Positions 53,367-63,408 of a stretch of 64,000 nucleotides of DNA are shown here, piece by piece. The position numbers and the translations under genes are program-made. The first letter of the stretch is position 1; each line of letters starts with the position of its first letter. Below the pieces are notes generated by a model. The model made no database searches. It saw nothing but the letters and a program-made list of their open reading frames with translations, and had not been told where the DNA came from. The stretch comes from Kiritimatiellales bacterium (GTDB taxonomy: Bacteria; Verrucomicrobiota; Kiritimatiellia; Kiritimatiellales; Tichowtungiaceae): NCBI GenBank assembly GCA_041656295.1, contig JBBADV010000005.1:98834-162833 (forward strand), written 5' to 3'.

Positions 53367-54296
53367 TCAATTTATCCTGAAAAGTGATGTGATCGAATGA
53401 TTTTTATGAATGCGGTTAATGGCGTCTGCCAGCAGTTCCGCTACGGAAAGAATCTTAATTTTCGCACCGGTGTCGCACCGCGGCGGGATACTGTTGGTCG
53501 TCACTATTTCATCAATCGGTGAATCATTCAGGCGTTCAACTCCCTTGCAGTTCAACAGTGAATGCGTCACCGCCGCCCGGATTGATTTTGCACCGGATTC
53601 TTTCAGCAGATTAGCTGCGGCCGTCAGCGTTCCTGCGGTCGACGTCATATCATCCACCAGCAGCGTATTACAACCGGCGACATCACCAACGAGGTGCGTG
53701 GCTGTTACACACTCCGCATTTCTGCGTTCTTTGCCAACCACTGCCACACCGGCATTCAGCAGATCGGCGTAAGCTGAGGCCATTTTCATGCCGCCGGTAT
53801 CCGGCGCAACCACCACCAGATTATCCAGATTCTGTTCGCGCAAATATTTCACCATGACCGGTGCTGCATATAAATGGTCCACCGGAATATCAAAAAAACC
53901 CTGGATCTGCTGCGCGTGCAAATCCATTGTTAAAACACGGTTTGCACCGGCGGCGGTGAGCAGATTGGCAACAAGTTTTGCAGTAATCGGAACGCGCGGC
54001 TGATCTTTGCGATCCTGGCGCGCATAGCCGTAAAACGGCAGAACCGCCGTAATGCGCGTAGCAGAAGCCCGCTTCGCCGCATCAATCATAATCAGCAGTT
54101 CCATCAGGTTTTCATTCGGCGGATAAGACGTCGGTTGAACAATAAACACATCATCGCCGCGCACGTTTTCGACGATCTTCACGAAAATCTCGCCGTCCGG
54201 AAAACGGCTGATCTGAACATCACACAGACTTTTTCCTGCTTTTTCGGCAATCTGTACGGCCAGTTCCGGATGAGCAGTTCCTGCCAGAATTCTCAC
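53367..54296 (-). CDS. prs: Ribose-phosphate pyrophosphokinase
   Basis: FPDGE, YARQDRK and a PRPP-binding loop LVDDM.ST.GT. Confidence 0.95.
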   Translation of the reverse strand: MRILAGTAHPELAVQIAEKAGKSLCDVQISRFPDGEIFVKIVENVRGDDVFIVQPTSYPPNENLMELLIMIDAAKRASATRITAVLPFYGYARQDRKDQPRVPITAKLVANLLTAAGANRVLTMDLHAQQIQGFFDIPVDHLYAAPVMVKYLREQNLDNLVVVAPDTGGMKMASAYADLLNAGVAVVGKERRNAECVTATHLVGDVAGCNTLLVDDMTSTAGTLTAAANLLKESGAKSIRAAVTHSLLNCKGVERLNDSPIDEIVTTNSIPPRCDTGAKIKILSVAELLADAINRIHKNHSITSLFRIN

Positions 54297-54327
54297 GTTT
54301 CATTTTCCTTATATAAGCGCTGACTTT

Positions 54328-54398
54328 TTGCCCGACTAGGACTTGAACCTAGACGCCAAGAATCAAAATCTTGTGTGCTACCATTACACTATCGGGCA
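54328..54398 (-). tRNA. tRNA-Gln (anticodon UUG), CCA not encoded
   Basis: Acceptor TGCCCGA/TCGGGCA, anticodon stem CAAGA/TCTTG with loop TTTTGAT, and T-arm CTAGG-TTCAAGT-CCTAG. Confidence 0.85.
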
Positions 54399-54410
54399 GT
54401 GATCTCCAAA

Positions 54411-54438
54411 TAAAAACACTTCTCCCTTTTTAGAGAAG
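54411..54438 (-). terminator. Possible terminator downstream of the 54578 gene
   Basis: On the minus strand, a CTTCTC/GAGAAG stem is followed by TGTTTTTATTT. The stem is short, so this is weak. Confidence 0.35.
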
Positions 54439-54577
54439 CGTGAAACCCTAGAAAGAAGCCCCTCTGTTGTCAAATTCAAAGCGGGAAAATATCGAACGTG
54501 CACTTAAAAGTCGCAAGTCAGTGAACCTTTTCTTCGCCCCTGATTTTAGATTTTCAGATCTGCGGCATGCTGGCTTT

Positions 54578-56311
54578 TCATTCCCAAAACAATAACCGGA
54601 AGAAACCGGCAGCGGAATCCGCCGGAACCTGAACCGTCAGTTCCGTGCAATCGCCGGAATTCACAGTGGAAATAATTTCCGGTGCGGCATTGTGCCAGCT
54701 GTCGGGATTTAATAAACCGCCGCAATGTTGCAATTCAACCCGTCCGAGCGCACGCCGGTGTATACGGTACCGGAACTGAAATACCGGCTCGCCGTAAACA
54801 TTTGCTGCCGGCATCATTGTAAATTCTGAAAAATCGGAACTGCTGTTCGGATTCGTGCCGTTCATAAATTCCTGAAAATTGCTGACGCCGTCGCCGTCGG
54901 AATCCAGGCGCATATCCGTTGGAATTCCATTAGTTGCGCACCACTGTACAAACGTCAGCGGCGCATTTGAGGCACCGGCGGCGACAATTTTAAAATCAAC
55001 AAATACTTCCGCTGCCGGCGCGTACGTTTCATCACCGGATTGTGTTGCGCGCAGACGCACACTGCCGGTTTCATTGCCAATCGTTAAAACAAGCGTATTT
55101 GTATCCACCATTACACTCACCGGTCCGGAATAGACTTCAACATCAACCGGCAGCCCGCTATTGGCCGTCGTTTGTAACTGCAAGTTTCCACCGCCGGAAA
55201 TCTGATTAGGCACCGGCGCAAAATAAATATGCTGCACTTTTTCGGCGACGGTGAATGAACGAATGACCGGCGACGCCGGTGCAAACATTTCATCGCCCGG
55301 TTGATCCGCTTGCACCATAATGATTCCAGCACCGGTAAACGTCAGCGCATTATTCGTTACAACTGCCGGTCCGCTGCGGATGGAATATTTTACCGGTAAT
55401 CCGCTATCCGAAGCTGCATTTAATGTAATTGATTCAGTTGAAAGTTTATAATTCGGAATCTCTGGGAAATGGATTGTCTGCAATGTCCCATTTAACGGCA
55501 TTTGATGCAATACACCGATAGCATCCAGGTCAAATCCAGGACTTCCCAGTGTGGGATATGGATCATAAATAACAGTACCAGCTGTATCCTTAGCAGACCC
55601 ATCGCCGACGATATCAATCAATTTGACATAACCTACATTGTTTAAATCAAGATAAGGAAAATTATCCGCTAGCGATTGCGCATATTCATGCGTAAAAAAT
55701 GCCGGTTTACTGATGATCACACCGTCTTTAATCGTAATGGCATCATAGGCTTCCTGCAATTCACTTAAATCAAACGGATGCCCATAGCCTTGGCAATATT
55801 TAGATGCCAGCCCGTAAATATTCCGTGTATCCAGTGATCCATAATTCGGAATCGGATTCGGTGTCGCGGAATAATTAGGAAACCGGCAAAAATGAATACC
55901 GTCAGAAGAAACTTCAACCCAGGCTAATTCCAGCCAATCGTTTCCGTCGCTGAAAGAAGTAAATCCGTTTTCAAATACCGCAAAATCGAACCCTTCGCCG
56001 TTAATAATCGGCTGAGAAAAGGTTAATGTGATTTGCCCTGCGTCGCCGATGCAAACAATATCATACGCATCTCCAAAAGCTTTTCCTAATGCTTTTTCCG
56101 GCGTTTTCCACATATCAGCACAGCCTGTTCCGGCAATAAAATTTGTATATCCATCCGCCCAGCCGATAAACCGGGAATCATCTTTATGAATCGCCGTACT
56201 GCCGGGCTGGCCGGCGCGCGGGGGAAACGGCATCATTTCCCACGGAGCACGCGGCGCGGCAGAAATGGAAATAGCTGCTATCATTGTAATGAATAATGTT
56301 ATTATTTTCAT
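54578..56311 (-). CDS. Secreted multidomain surface protein (two Ig-like repeats, a thrombospondin-type-3-like DSDGDGVSN motif, C-terminal FFRL beta-sandwich)
   Basis: ORF trimmed to MKIITLFITMIAAISISA (ATG at 56311, 1 nt after the receptor stop). Has two ~95-aa repeats containing SGLPV. Family not recognised. Confidence 0.6.
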   Translation of the reverse strand: MKIITLFITMIAAISISAAPRAPWEMMPFPPRAGQPGSTAIHKDDSRFIGWADGYTNFIAGTGCADMWKTPEKALGKAFGDAYDIVCIGDAGQITLTFSQPIINGEGFDFAVFENGFTSFSDGNDWLELAWVEVSSDGIHFCRFPNYSATPNPIPNYGSLDTRNIYGLASKYCQGYGHPFDLSELQEAYDAITIKDGVIISKPAFFTHEYAQSLADNFPYLDLNNVGYVKLIDIVGDGSAKDTAGTVIYDPYPTLGSPGFDLDAIGVLHQMPLNGTLQTIHFPEIPNYKLSTESITLNAASDSGLPVKYSIRSGPAVVTNNALTFTGAGIIMVQADQPGDEMFAPASPVIRSFTVAEKVQHIYFAPVPNQISGGGNLQLQTTANSGLPVDVEVYSGPVSVMVDTNTLVLTIGNETGSVRLRATQSGDETYAPAAEVFVDFKIVAAGASNAPLTFVQWCATNGIPTDMRLDSDGDGVSNFQEFMNGTNPNSSSDFSEFTMMPAANVYGEPVFQFRYRIHRRALGRVELQHCGGLLNPDSWHNAAPEIISTVNSGDCTELTVQVPADSAAGFFRLLFWE

Positions 56312-56312
56312 C

Positions 56313-58475
56313 TCAGAACTCCAAACTTGCTCCACCATAAAACGCTCTGCCTGTTCCGGGATAATAACCGCCGAGATATGCCGATGATGCATAAATTTTA
56401 TCAAACAGGTTATCCACTTTAAAAAACAGCTTGAGATTTTTTGTCACCTTAATGTCGGCACGAAGTCCAACCAGATCATACTGCCAAATGGATGATTTTA
56501 TATTCTCATTATCAAAATCGCCGCCGGCATACTGCTTTGTGAACCACTGATATATTCCGCTGAGGCGTACCTTCGGATGCGGTTCAGCCCACAACGATAC
56601 AAAACCGTGAATTTCCGGCACTAATGGGATTTTTTTGCCGCGTGGAACCTCCTTTCCGTTATACTCTCCATCGATAAACCGCGCCCGAACCAGTTCTGTC
56701 ATGCACATTACGCCATAATTCTCTTTTTCGTAACGGAACATTAAATCCGCGCCCAGCCGCTCCGTTTCACCGATATTCGCATTCTGAAAGTCCCATCTTC
56801 CTGCATCGGCATTGTAGGTTTGCGTATAAGCGATTTCGTCATCCATCATCAGATAAAAGAACGTTGCAGATGCTTCCCAGTTATCTTTACGACATTTAAC
56901 ACCCAGCTCGAAATTATTACCGGTTTCAGGATCAAGATCGCTGTTAAACGGCGGCATCATTGGATATCCCTGAAAAGACATCATCTCATCCAGCACCGGA
57001 TAACGGTAAACAGTATTATAACGTCCCCACACACTGAAAGAATCGGTTACGCGCCAGGTCAGTGAAAGTTCTGCCGCCAAACCGTGCTTAACCACACTGT
57101 CATCAAATGATTCCCCTTCAACCAGTTCCGGATCTGGAGAATAATTAGGATTTGGAATAAACGGCGGCGCACCGGGAATATGCGCCCATGGATTCGGAAT
57201 ATACGGATCGCCGTCTGGCATTTTATGCTTCAGGTTTTTCCCTTTGGTATACGCCACTTCATAACGGGCTCCGGCGCCAAATGTGAACAGATCCATCCAT
57301 GTTTTTTTTGCCATTATGTACGGACCGGCAGTAATACGATAAAGCTCTGCATGACTGGTAAATTTATTTCGAACAACAGTGTCGCCCGTGGCACCTTCAT
57401 GATCCAATTCATCATATCGCAAATCAACACCGGCAATTATTGAATTGCTTTCGGTGCCGAATTCAATTCTTGGCGTTAGCGAAGCACCACGATGATCCGA
57501 TTCGGAAGACATTGCGCTCATCTGGATATCGTAGGAGCGCCAGTTAAACCCGCCGTTAACAAAAAAACCGCCCCAATCCGTTTTACCTTCCCATATCGCA
57601 GAAAAACGTCCGTTATCAGTTTTTCCATCTTCATTACCATCGCTATACGAATGAGTTGGGTTGTTTTTGATTTCGCTGTAAATTAATAAGTTAGGAAGTT
57701 TATAATAGCTTTCACCGCCGGACGCCCGGAATGTTAGCGTCTGGTTTTCATTTAAATATCCACCAATATATCCGTTAATATTTTTTGCCCATGATTCGGA
57801 ATTTTCACGGAACCCGTCGTCACGCTGAATCATTACACCGGCGCCGCAATAAACATTCCCGATACTGGCAGAACCGCTTGCAGAATATTCCTCAAAGCCG
57901 AAACTGCCGGCAGTTGCTTTCAGTTGTGCACCGGGATCTCCGCCTTTACGGGTTTTGATATCCACCACACCGGAAAGCGCATGATTACCGTATAACACAC
58001 TCTGTCCGCCGCGGTGGACTTCGATGGACTCAATATTATAAAGGCCAAGCTGCTGCCAATCCAGCGTTCCCATGTCCGCGCGATTCATCACCTGCCCGTC
58101 AACCAGCACCAGCACGCGCAAGCCGCTGTTTTCACCGAAGCCGCGCATCGCCAGTTCACCGGTATTTGCTTTACCGGTGGATGAGCGGAATTGAATGTTT
58201 GCCTGTGTGGTTAACAGCTCCGGCACACTGGCAGCATGCGACTGTTTAATCTGTTCACGGGAAATTCGTATTATATCCGCCGGAACAGTTAATATATCCC
58301 CGCGATCCGTCATTCTGGACTGATTGGCACTCACGCGGATCACCGGAATCTCTTTGTTTTTCAGCTCATTTTTTTCTTCGGCTTCTTCTTCCGCAAAAAG
58401 AAAGTTCATCGTCAGCAGAACCCCTGATAAAATACGGAGAAACAGCCGGCGCGATTTGACGATCGGGGTCTTCAC
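56313..58475 (-). CDS. TonB-dependent outer-membrane receptor
   Basis: Plug-domain motifs (PELL......F.S..G......AMRGF......VLVDG) and IEVHRGGQSVLYG, with a C-terminal ...GGASLEF. The start is provisionally set to the GTG at 58475 (VKTPIVKSRRLFL signal) and is uncertain. Confidence 0.8.
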   Translation of the reverse strand: MKTPIVKSRRLFLRILSGVLLTMNFLFAEEEAEEKNELKNKEIPVIRVSANQSRMTDRGDILTVPADIIRISREQIKQSHAASVPELLTTQANIQFRSSTGKANTGELAMRGFGENSGLRVLVLVDGQVMNRADMGTLDWQQLGLYNIESIEVHRGGQSVLYGNHALSGVVDIKTRKGGDPGAQLKATAGSFGFEEYSASGSASIGNVYCGAGVMIQRDDGFRENSESWAKNINGYIGGYLNENQTLTFRASGGESYYKLPNLLIYSEIKNNPTHSYSDGNEDGKTDNGRFSAIWEGKTDWGGFFVNGGFNWRSYDIQMSAMSSESDHRGASLTPRIEFGTESNSIIAGVDLRYDELDHEGATGDTVVRNKFTSHAELYRITAGPYIMAKKTWMDLFTFGAGARYEVAYTKGKNLKHKMPDGDPYIPNPWAHIPGAPPFIPNPNYSPDPELVEGESFDDSVVKHGLAAELSLTWRVTDSFSVWGRYNTVYRYPVLDEMMSFQGYPMMPPFNSDLDPETGNNFELGVKCRKDNWEASATFFYLMMDDEIAYTQTYNADAGRWDFQNANIGETERLGADLMFRYEKENYGVMCMTELVRARFIDGEYNGKEVPRGKKIPLVPEIHGFVSLWAEPHPKVRLSGIYQWFTKQYAGGDFDNENIKSSIWQYDLVGLRADIKVTKNLKLFFKVDNLFDKIYASSAYLGGYYPGTGRAFYGGASLEF

Positions 58476-58528
58476 ACGAAAACACACCGGCGATCCGGAA
58501 ACCGGATCGCCGAATTTGAAAAAGCAAA

Positions 58529-59494
58529 TTAAACGTTTGCAAACATGCGACGATAGCCGGCAACGCCCAGCGCGCCACACAGAATCAACAATACGCTGAC
58601 CGGCTCAGGAACAACCTGATAAATACCTTCCGCATCATTGAAAAAAAGCTGACCGTTACGATTTACAACCCGGGATATCCGCGAATCACTTGATGCAATA
58701 ATCGATGAATCAGTACCATCGTAAGACACTAATACTGAATCGCCGCCCCAGCTGGTCAATGAGACAACAAGATTTCCATCCGCATCAACATCCATGCCGG
58801 TTGCACCGGCATACCCATAGCTGACCGCATCAAAATATAAATAGCTGGCCAGATCATCCATGACGGTGCCTGCAACCGCTGCGGAAACATCTGCAGCAGA
58901 AAACTTGTAAACCTCTGAACCGACTCCTGAACCGTAGTATAAATTGCCGGCGGCATCAAATGCTACAGGACCGGATGCGCCCGCAAATTCTTCGCTGATA
59001 GCTACCGCTGCGCCTAGGTTGCCGCCAATGCCTACGGGACAATAATATAATGTTGTCCCTGAATAAGATGAATTACCGGCAGAAAAATAAATACCGTTAC
59101 CGTAGCCGGCAAATGCGTATGAATATTCATAATTTAAAACTTCAGAAGAAGCTCCGCCACCCGCAGTATCATATTTATAAAGCGGATAGTCAGTGAAGGT
59201 GCTGGCGTTAAAATAAATGTAATTTCCCACACTTAAAATAGACGCACCCACCCAGGCAGCCCCGTTATACACCGAAGAGTGACTGTCGTTTTTATAAACA
59301 TTCATATCCATGCCCCAGCTGGCATCACCCGTCAGCACATAGAGATCACCGGATGAACTCCAGGTAAAACTGCTGATCGATTCTGCTGCGTTATTCAAAT
59401 TAAAAATCGAAACAACATCACCGGACATAACGGCTGCAAATGAAAAGCCGCAACTGCAGATAACTGCTAGCGCGGCACCAATATACTTCTTCAT
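58529..59494 (-). CDS. PEP-CTERM-anchored protein with beta-propeller-like repeats
   Basis: Signal peptide MKKYIGAALAVICSCGFSFA and recurrent YF/YY-Gly-rich blades. The C-terminus has VVPEP, a TM helix and YRR. Confidence 0.7.
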   Translation of the reverse strand: MKKYIGAALAVICSCGFSFAAVMSGDVVSIFNLNNAAESISSFTWSSSGDLYVLTGDASWGMDMNVYKNDSHSSVYNGAAWVGASILSVGNYIYFNASTFTDYPLYKYDTAGGGASSEVLNYEYSYAFAGYGNGIYFSAGNSSYSGTTLYYCPVGIGGNLGAAVAISEEFAGASGPVAFDAAGNLYYGSGVGSEVYKFSAADVSAAVAGTVMDDLASYLYFDAVSYGYAGATGMDVDADGNLVVSLTSWGGDSVLVSYDGTDSSIIASSDSRISRVVNRNGQLFFNDAEGIYQVVPEPVSVLLILCGALGVAGYRRMFANV

Positions 59495-59530
59495 GATACC
59501 CTTTCTGCCTCTCATGCGGAGGCGTTTGGT

Positions 59531-60180
59531 TTACGGCAGAAACGGCGGTATTCCGGCTTTAACGGCTGCGCGACAGCGGCTGATTTTCACAGCGCTTTCC
59601 CGACACAATCCTGCATCTGAGGCGCATAGATAATTCAATCCTGTGCGTGATGCAAGAAATAGTTCAGAGTTTTTCGATGCGACGCAACTGCTTATAGACC
59701 GGAGCTTAATCAGATACTCCGCCAGATGCTGATTGATAAACTCGCTACCGTTGTCCGAGTCCGCCCAGGCAGCGGGAACGGCTGCTTTTCCCATATCCTT
59801 TATCTGCGCCATCACCGCCAGTGCAGTCTGGCTCCAAACAGCCCCGCCGCATCATTCACTCGCAGATCAAAGCTGTTTTTTGCACTCCTCTCCCTCAGGG
59901 TTCCGTGCCGCCGTTCATAATGCAGCAGCCAGAGCGCGGTCGCCTGCTTCAGGCGTCTTAACACAGCTGATCCGTGACCATCCACAGCGCCGTCAACGCC
60001 GTCAAGAACTCCGGCAAAGAATACACTGAGCTTTTTCTATATCGCCGGAGCGGTTCTGTTAAGCCGCTTGCTGGCATATTTACATTCATAGTTGCACACC
60101 GCACAGACTTCATCCATCAGGCGGGGCCGGTTTATAGCGTCGGCACTGAATGTTCAGATACTGCGCTTGAGTCGGTGTCT
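59531..60180 (-). pseudogene. Degenerate DDE (rve-type) transposase/integrase remnant
   Basis: ORF 59531..59815 contains WADSDNGSEFINQHLAEYL, an rve core DNGSEF motif. Upstream minus-strand frames are broken by stops. The extent is approximate. Confidence 0.4.
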
Positions 60181-60315
60181 TTTTTTATGTGTCAACTCAC
60201 TGTTCAGGGTTCAGAGTCATTGCAACGTGTCACTCGCCACAAATGGGAATTAAGTTCACCACAAAACCGGAAAAAAGCTGGAAAATATAAACGGAAAAGA
60301 ACATGGTGCGGCGCA

Positions 60316-61923
60316 ATGGATTTCCGGCGGTTACTTCTGTTTGGGGCGGCGTTTATCGCAGTATCTGTGCTGTTTGCACAGGATGCAGAACAGCCGGCGC
60401 TGCACAAAGCTGCGCTGGATCTGACTCAAAAGGCGGATGCCCTGCTCGCCGGCAGGCAGTTTGCAGAAGCGGAACAGGCATTTCAGGCGGTTCTGGATGT
60501 GGCCGGCGAGCCGAAGCTGCAGGCGCATGCGCTGGCCGGCAAAGGCTGGAGTCTTTGGGAACAGCAGCGCTTTGAAGAAGCGGCGATGGCATTCGAAAAC
60601 GCCGCCGAAAAATCTGAACCGCGTGCAACAGCACTGGTGAAAGCAGGGGATGCGCGGCTCGCAGCAAAACAATTCCGGCAGGCGATAGAAAACTATAAAC
60701 GCGCGGCGGAAACGCACGAACATACAGAACTGGCGGCGCGCGCGCTGTACCAAAGCGGCGTAGCCAATCTGTTTGCAGAACAGATCGACGCCGCGCGCAA
60801 GGATTTTGCACAGACTGAAATATCTTTTCCCGGCAGCGAGTTTGCCATTCGGGCGGCGTTTCAACTGGCGGAAATATTAAAGCGGAATCAGCAGTGGACG
60901 GCAGCGGCGGAAGAATACCGGCGGATCGCTGCGCAGTATCCGGAACCGGCGGCGCAGTCCGCTGCAACGCATCAGCAGGGGCTGATTTTCTACCGCACCG
61001 GAAAATGGGAAGACGCGCAGCAGACGTTTGACGAGGTGTACAATCGCTGGCCGGAATCGGACGAAGCGGTGCAGGCATATTATATGCGCGGTTTCTGCCG
61101 GTATCTGCAGGGCGATATGGATGAGGCGGTGAAAATCTGTCAGCGTTTTATTGAAACATATCCCGACTCCGCCTGGAATCCGGAGGTGGTTTTCTGGCTT
61201 GGCGAGCATTATTACAACCGCGGTGATTATGAAAAAGCGGAACAGCAGTTTCTGGAAATTGCCGAACGGTTTCCGGAGCATGATCTTGCCGACGAAGCGC
61301 TGTTCTGGAGCGGCAGCGCACTGATGCACCGCCGGCATTTCCTGGATGCATTTAATATGTATGGAAGGCTGGTGCGCACCGCGCCGGCAAGTCCGCTGAT
61401 ACAAAATACGCGCTTTGCACAGGGTGAAGCGTTAACGGCGCTCGGTGAATTTGCGCGTGCAATTCTGGCGTATGAAGAAGCGGTGCGGATATCGCCGGAC
61501 AGCGAAATGGCTGTTCGTGCGCGCGGCCGGCGCGCCGATTGTCTTTACACCCTCGCCGCGGCCGATCCAGCCCGGTATGCGGAAGCGATCACCGCCTATC
61601 AGTCGCTTGCAAAACGCCCGGCGCTGCCGCTTGCGCTGCAACTTCAAACACTTTATAAAATTGCGCGAAGTGAAGAAAAATCCGGCCAAAACGAACGCGC
61701 TCTGGAATATTATCTCACAGCAGTAAATTCCGGCGCAGTGCAAACCGAGCCCATGCCGGCGGATGCGGCCTTCTGGTTTGCGCGGGCAGCCTTTTGCGCT
61801 GCCGGGCAGCCGCCGCCGGATGAAGCGGTAAAAATTTATCAGCAGGTAACGGCCGCCGGCGTGCCGGCGCAAGAGGAGGCACAGCGTCAGCTTGAAGAGC
61901 GGAAGGCCGGAAAATTGGAATAA
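60316..61923 (+). CDS. Secreted TPR-repeat protein (YbgF/CpoB-like repeats)
   Basis: ORF trimmed to MDFRRLLLFGAAFIAVSVLFA (signal). Multiple TPR/outer-membrane-assembly-like repeats (A.Y..G..Y...G....A...F). Confidence 0.7.
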   Translation: MDFRRLLLFGAAFIAVSVLFAQDAEQPALHKAALDLTQKADALLAGRQFAEAEQAFQAVLDVAGEPKLQAHALAGKGWSLWEQQRFEEAAMAFENAAEKSEPRATALVKAGDARLAAKQFRQAIENYKRAAETHEHTELAARALYQSGVANLFAEQIDAARKDFAQTEISFPGSEFAIRAAFQLAEILKRNQQWTAAAEEYRRIAAQYPEPAAQSAATHQQGLIFYRTGKWEDAQQTFDEVYNRWPESDEAVQAYYMRGFCRYLQGDMDEAVKICQRFIETYPDSAWNPEVVFWLGEHYYNRGDYEKAEQQFLEIAERFPEHDLADEALFWSGSALMHRRHFLDAFNMYGRLVRTAPASPLIQNTRFAQGEALTALGEFARAILAYEEAVRISPDSEMAVRARGRRADCLYTLAAADPARYAEAITAYQSLAKRPALPLALQLQTLYKIARSEEKSGQNERALEYYLTAVNSGAVQTEPMPADAAFWFARAAFCAAGQPPPDEAVKIYQQVTAAGVPAQEEAQRQLEERKAGKLE

Positions 61924-62001
61924 TAAACGGAAGGAACAGCGGAATACTCTGGAGTTCAGCGTTTCAGCGTTCTACACATTCAAGGTTTAAAAGGAGTTTG
62001 T

Positions 62002-62628
62002 ATGAGTGAATGGATCAACAGCGGCGGCGCAGTGATGTGGCTCATTCTGGCCGGCGGACTGATAGCACTGATTATTTTTCTGGAACGCCTGTTTCATCTG
62101 CATCGCGCGCAGATCAAAACGGCGGATTTTCTCAACGGAATTTACACCAATGTCCGGCACGGCAACATCATTGAAGCCATCAGTATTTGCGACCAGACAC
62201 CCGGACCGGCCGCGCACCTCGTGCGCACCGCCCTGCTCCACCGCGACGAACCGAAAGAGGAGCTCCTGAACGCGGTACAGCAGGCGGGGATTCACGAAAT
62301 CCCGCGCCTCGAACGCCATATGAATATGCTCATTTCGCTGGCGCAGATTCTGCCGCTGCTCGGACTGCTCGGCACGGTGCTCGGACTGCTCACCCTGCTC
62401 GTCGCGCTGCAGGCCGGCTCGCCGCTGGCTGAAATCGGCGATTTATCCGCCGGACTCCGGAGCGCGCTGCTCACCACCGCCGGCGGGCTCATCACCGGCA
62501 TTCCGGCATACGCCGGATATCATTTTCTTGTCGGCCGCGTTGAATCCATCGCGCTCGATATGGAACAGACGGCGAACGACATCATTTACTTTCTGAAACA
62601 CGACCGCGGAGCAGTCCATGAAGCGTAG
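62002..62628 (+). CDS. MotA/TolQ/ExbB-family proton channel
   Basis: AAGGAG RBS, three TM helices and a conserved C-terminal TTAGGL..GIPAY motif. Confidence 0.85.
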   Translation: MSEWINSGGAVMWLILAGGLIALIIFLERLFHLHRAQIKTADFLNGIYTNVRHGNIIEAISICDQTPGPAAHLVRTALLHRDEPKEELLNAVQQAGIHEIPRLERHMNMLISLAQILPLLGLLGTVLGLLTLLVALQAGSPLAEIGDLSAGLRSALLTTAGGLITGIPAYAGYHFLVGRVESIALDMEQTANDIIYFLKHDRGAVHEA

Positions 62629-63064
62629 CGAATGCGAAGCCGTGCTTTATCTGCACCGCACGTTCCGGCCGCGCCGGCGAACCGGCCGCGGATTTCTGAC
62701 CGGCACCGTTTTTCTTGATGCCGCGTTGCTCACCGTCGCGTTTCTGCTCGCAACTTCGCCGTTCGTGCTGAAACCCGGCATTGAGCTCGAGCTGCCGGAT
62801 GCAGCGTCTGTCGGCGGCATCCGTTACAACGACACCGTACTCAGCATTTCAAGCGCAGGACTCTTCTTCTTCAACGACGAGCTCGTCGCGCCGGACAATC
62901 TTGAAGCTGTGCTCACCGCCGCCGTGCAAAACAGTGCCGGTGCGGCGTTAATTCTTGAGGCCGATCGCGCCGTACCGCAATCCACTGCCGCCGCTGTGTA
63001 CGATGCGGCCGCCCGCGCCGGATTCAAACGCATATTGATTGCCACTCAAAACACTGCCCGATGA
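62618..63064 (+). CDS. ExbD/TolR-family biopolymer transport protein
   Basis: Single N-terminal TM helix, a periplasmic domain (...L.ADR.V....AAVYDAA..AGF..I.IAT) and overlap with the upstream gene. Confidence 0.8.
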   Translation: MKRSECEAVLYLHRTFRPRRRTGRGFLTGTVFLDAALLTVAFLLATSPFVLKPGIELELPDAASVGGIRYNDTVLSISSAGLFFFNDELVAPDNLEAVLTAAVQNSAGAALILEADRAVPQSTAAAVYDAAARAGFKRILIATQNTAR

Positions 63065-63408
63065 ACCCTCAGCAAACAGCAGGACAGACTGGCACATCTG
63101 CTCCGCGCCGTGTGCCGGTCGCATGGATCGCCGCCGGAATTCTGGCCGCAGGCTGGTTTGTATTCTGGCTGACGGCATTCACACCGGAACTGCCGGAAAC
63201 GCCGGTGCCGGAAATGTACCCGCACCTCGCCTTTAAAAATTCCGGCGATGAAATAATCCGCGAACTGCTCCGCCCCGATGTGTTTGCGCTGCCGTTCCGC
63301 AAAGGCTACAGCGATTCATTTCCGCCGCGGCGCGTCGATCTGCGCCTCACCCTCGAACATCCCCGGTCGCCGGAATGTTATCTGCCGTTATCACAGGAGC
63401 ACGAATGA
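63061..63408 (+). CDS. Single-pass membrane protein, unknown function
   Basis: ATGA overlap with the exbD-like gene, one TM helix and a Pro-rich segment after it (PELPETPVPEMYP). No TonB C-terminal domain is recognisable. Confidence 0.45.
   Translation: MNPQQTAGQTGTSAPRRVPVAWIAAGILAAGWFVFWLTAFTPELPETPVPEMYPHLAFKNSGDEIIRELLRPDVFALPFRKGYSDSFPPRRVDLRLTLEHPRSPECYLPLSQEHE

Noticed and set aside
60353-61078. A 241-aa minus-strand ORF (with 60331..60864 and 60877..61404) inside the TPR gene. Similar long antisense ORFs lie at 36628..37356, 20390..21157 and 30950..31564.
   Set aside because: All are antisense to genes with clear family signatures. Their composition is Arg/Pro/Ala-rich or otherwise low-complexity. 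They are typical shadow ORFs of high-GC coding regions.
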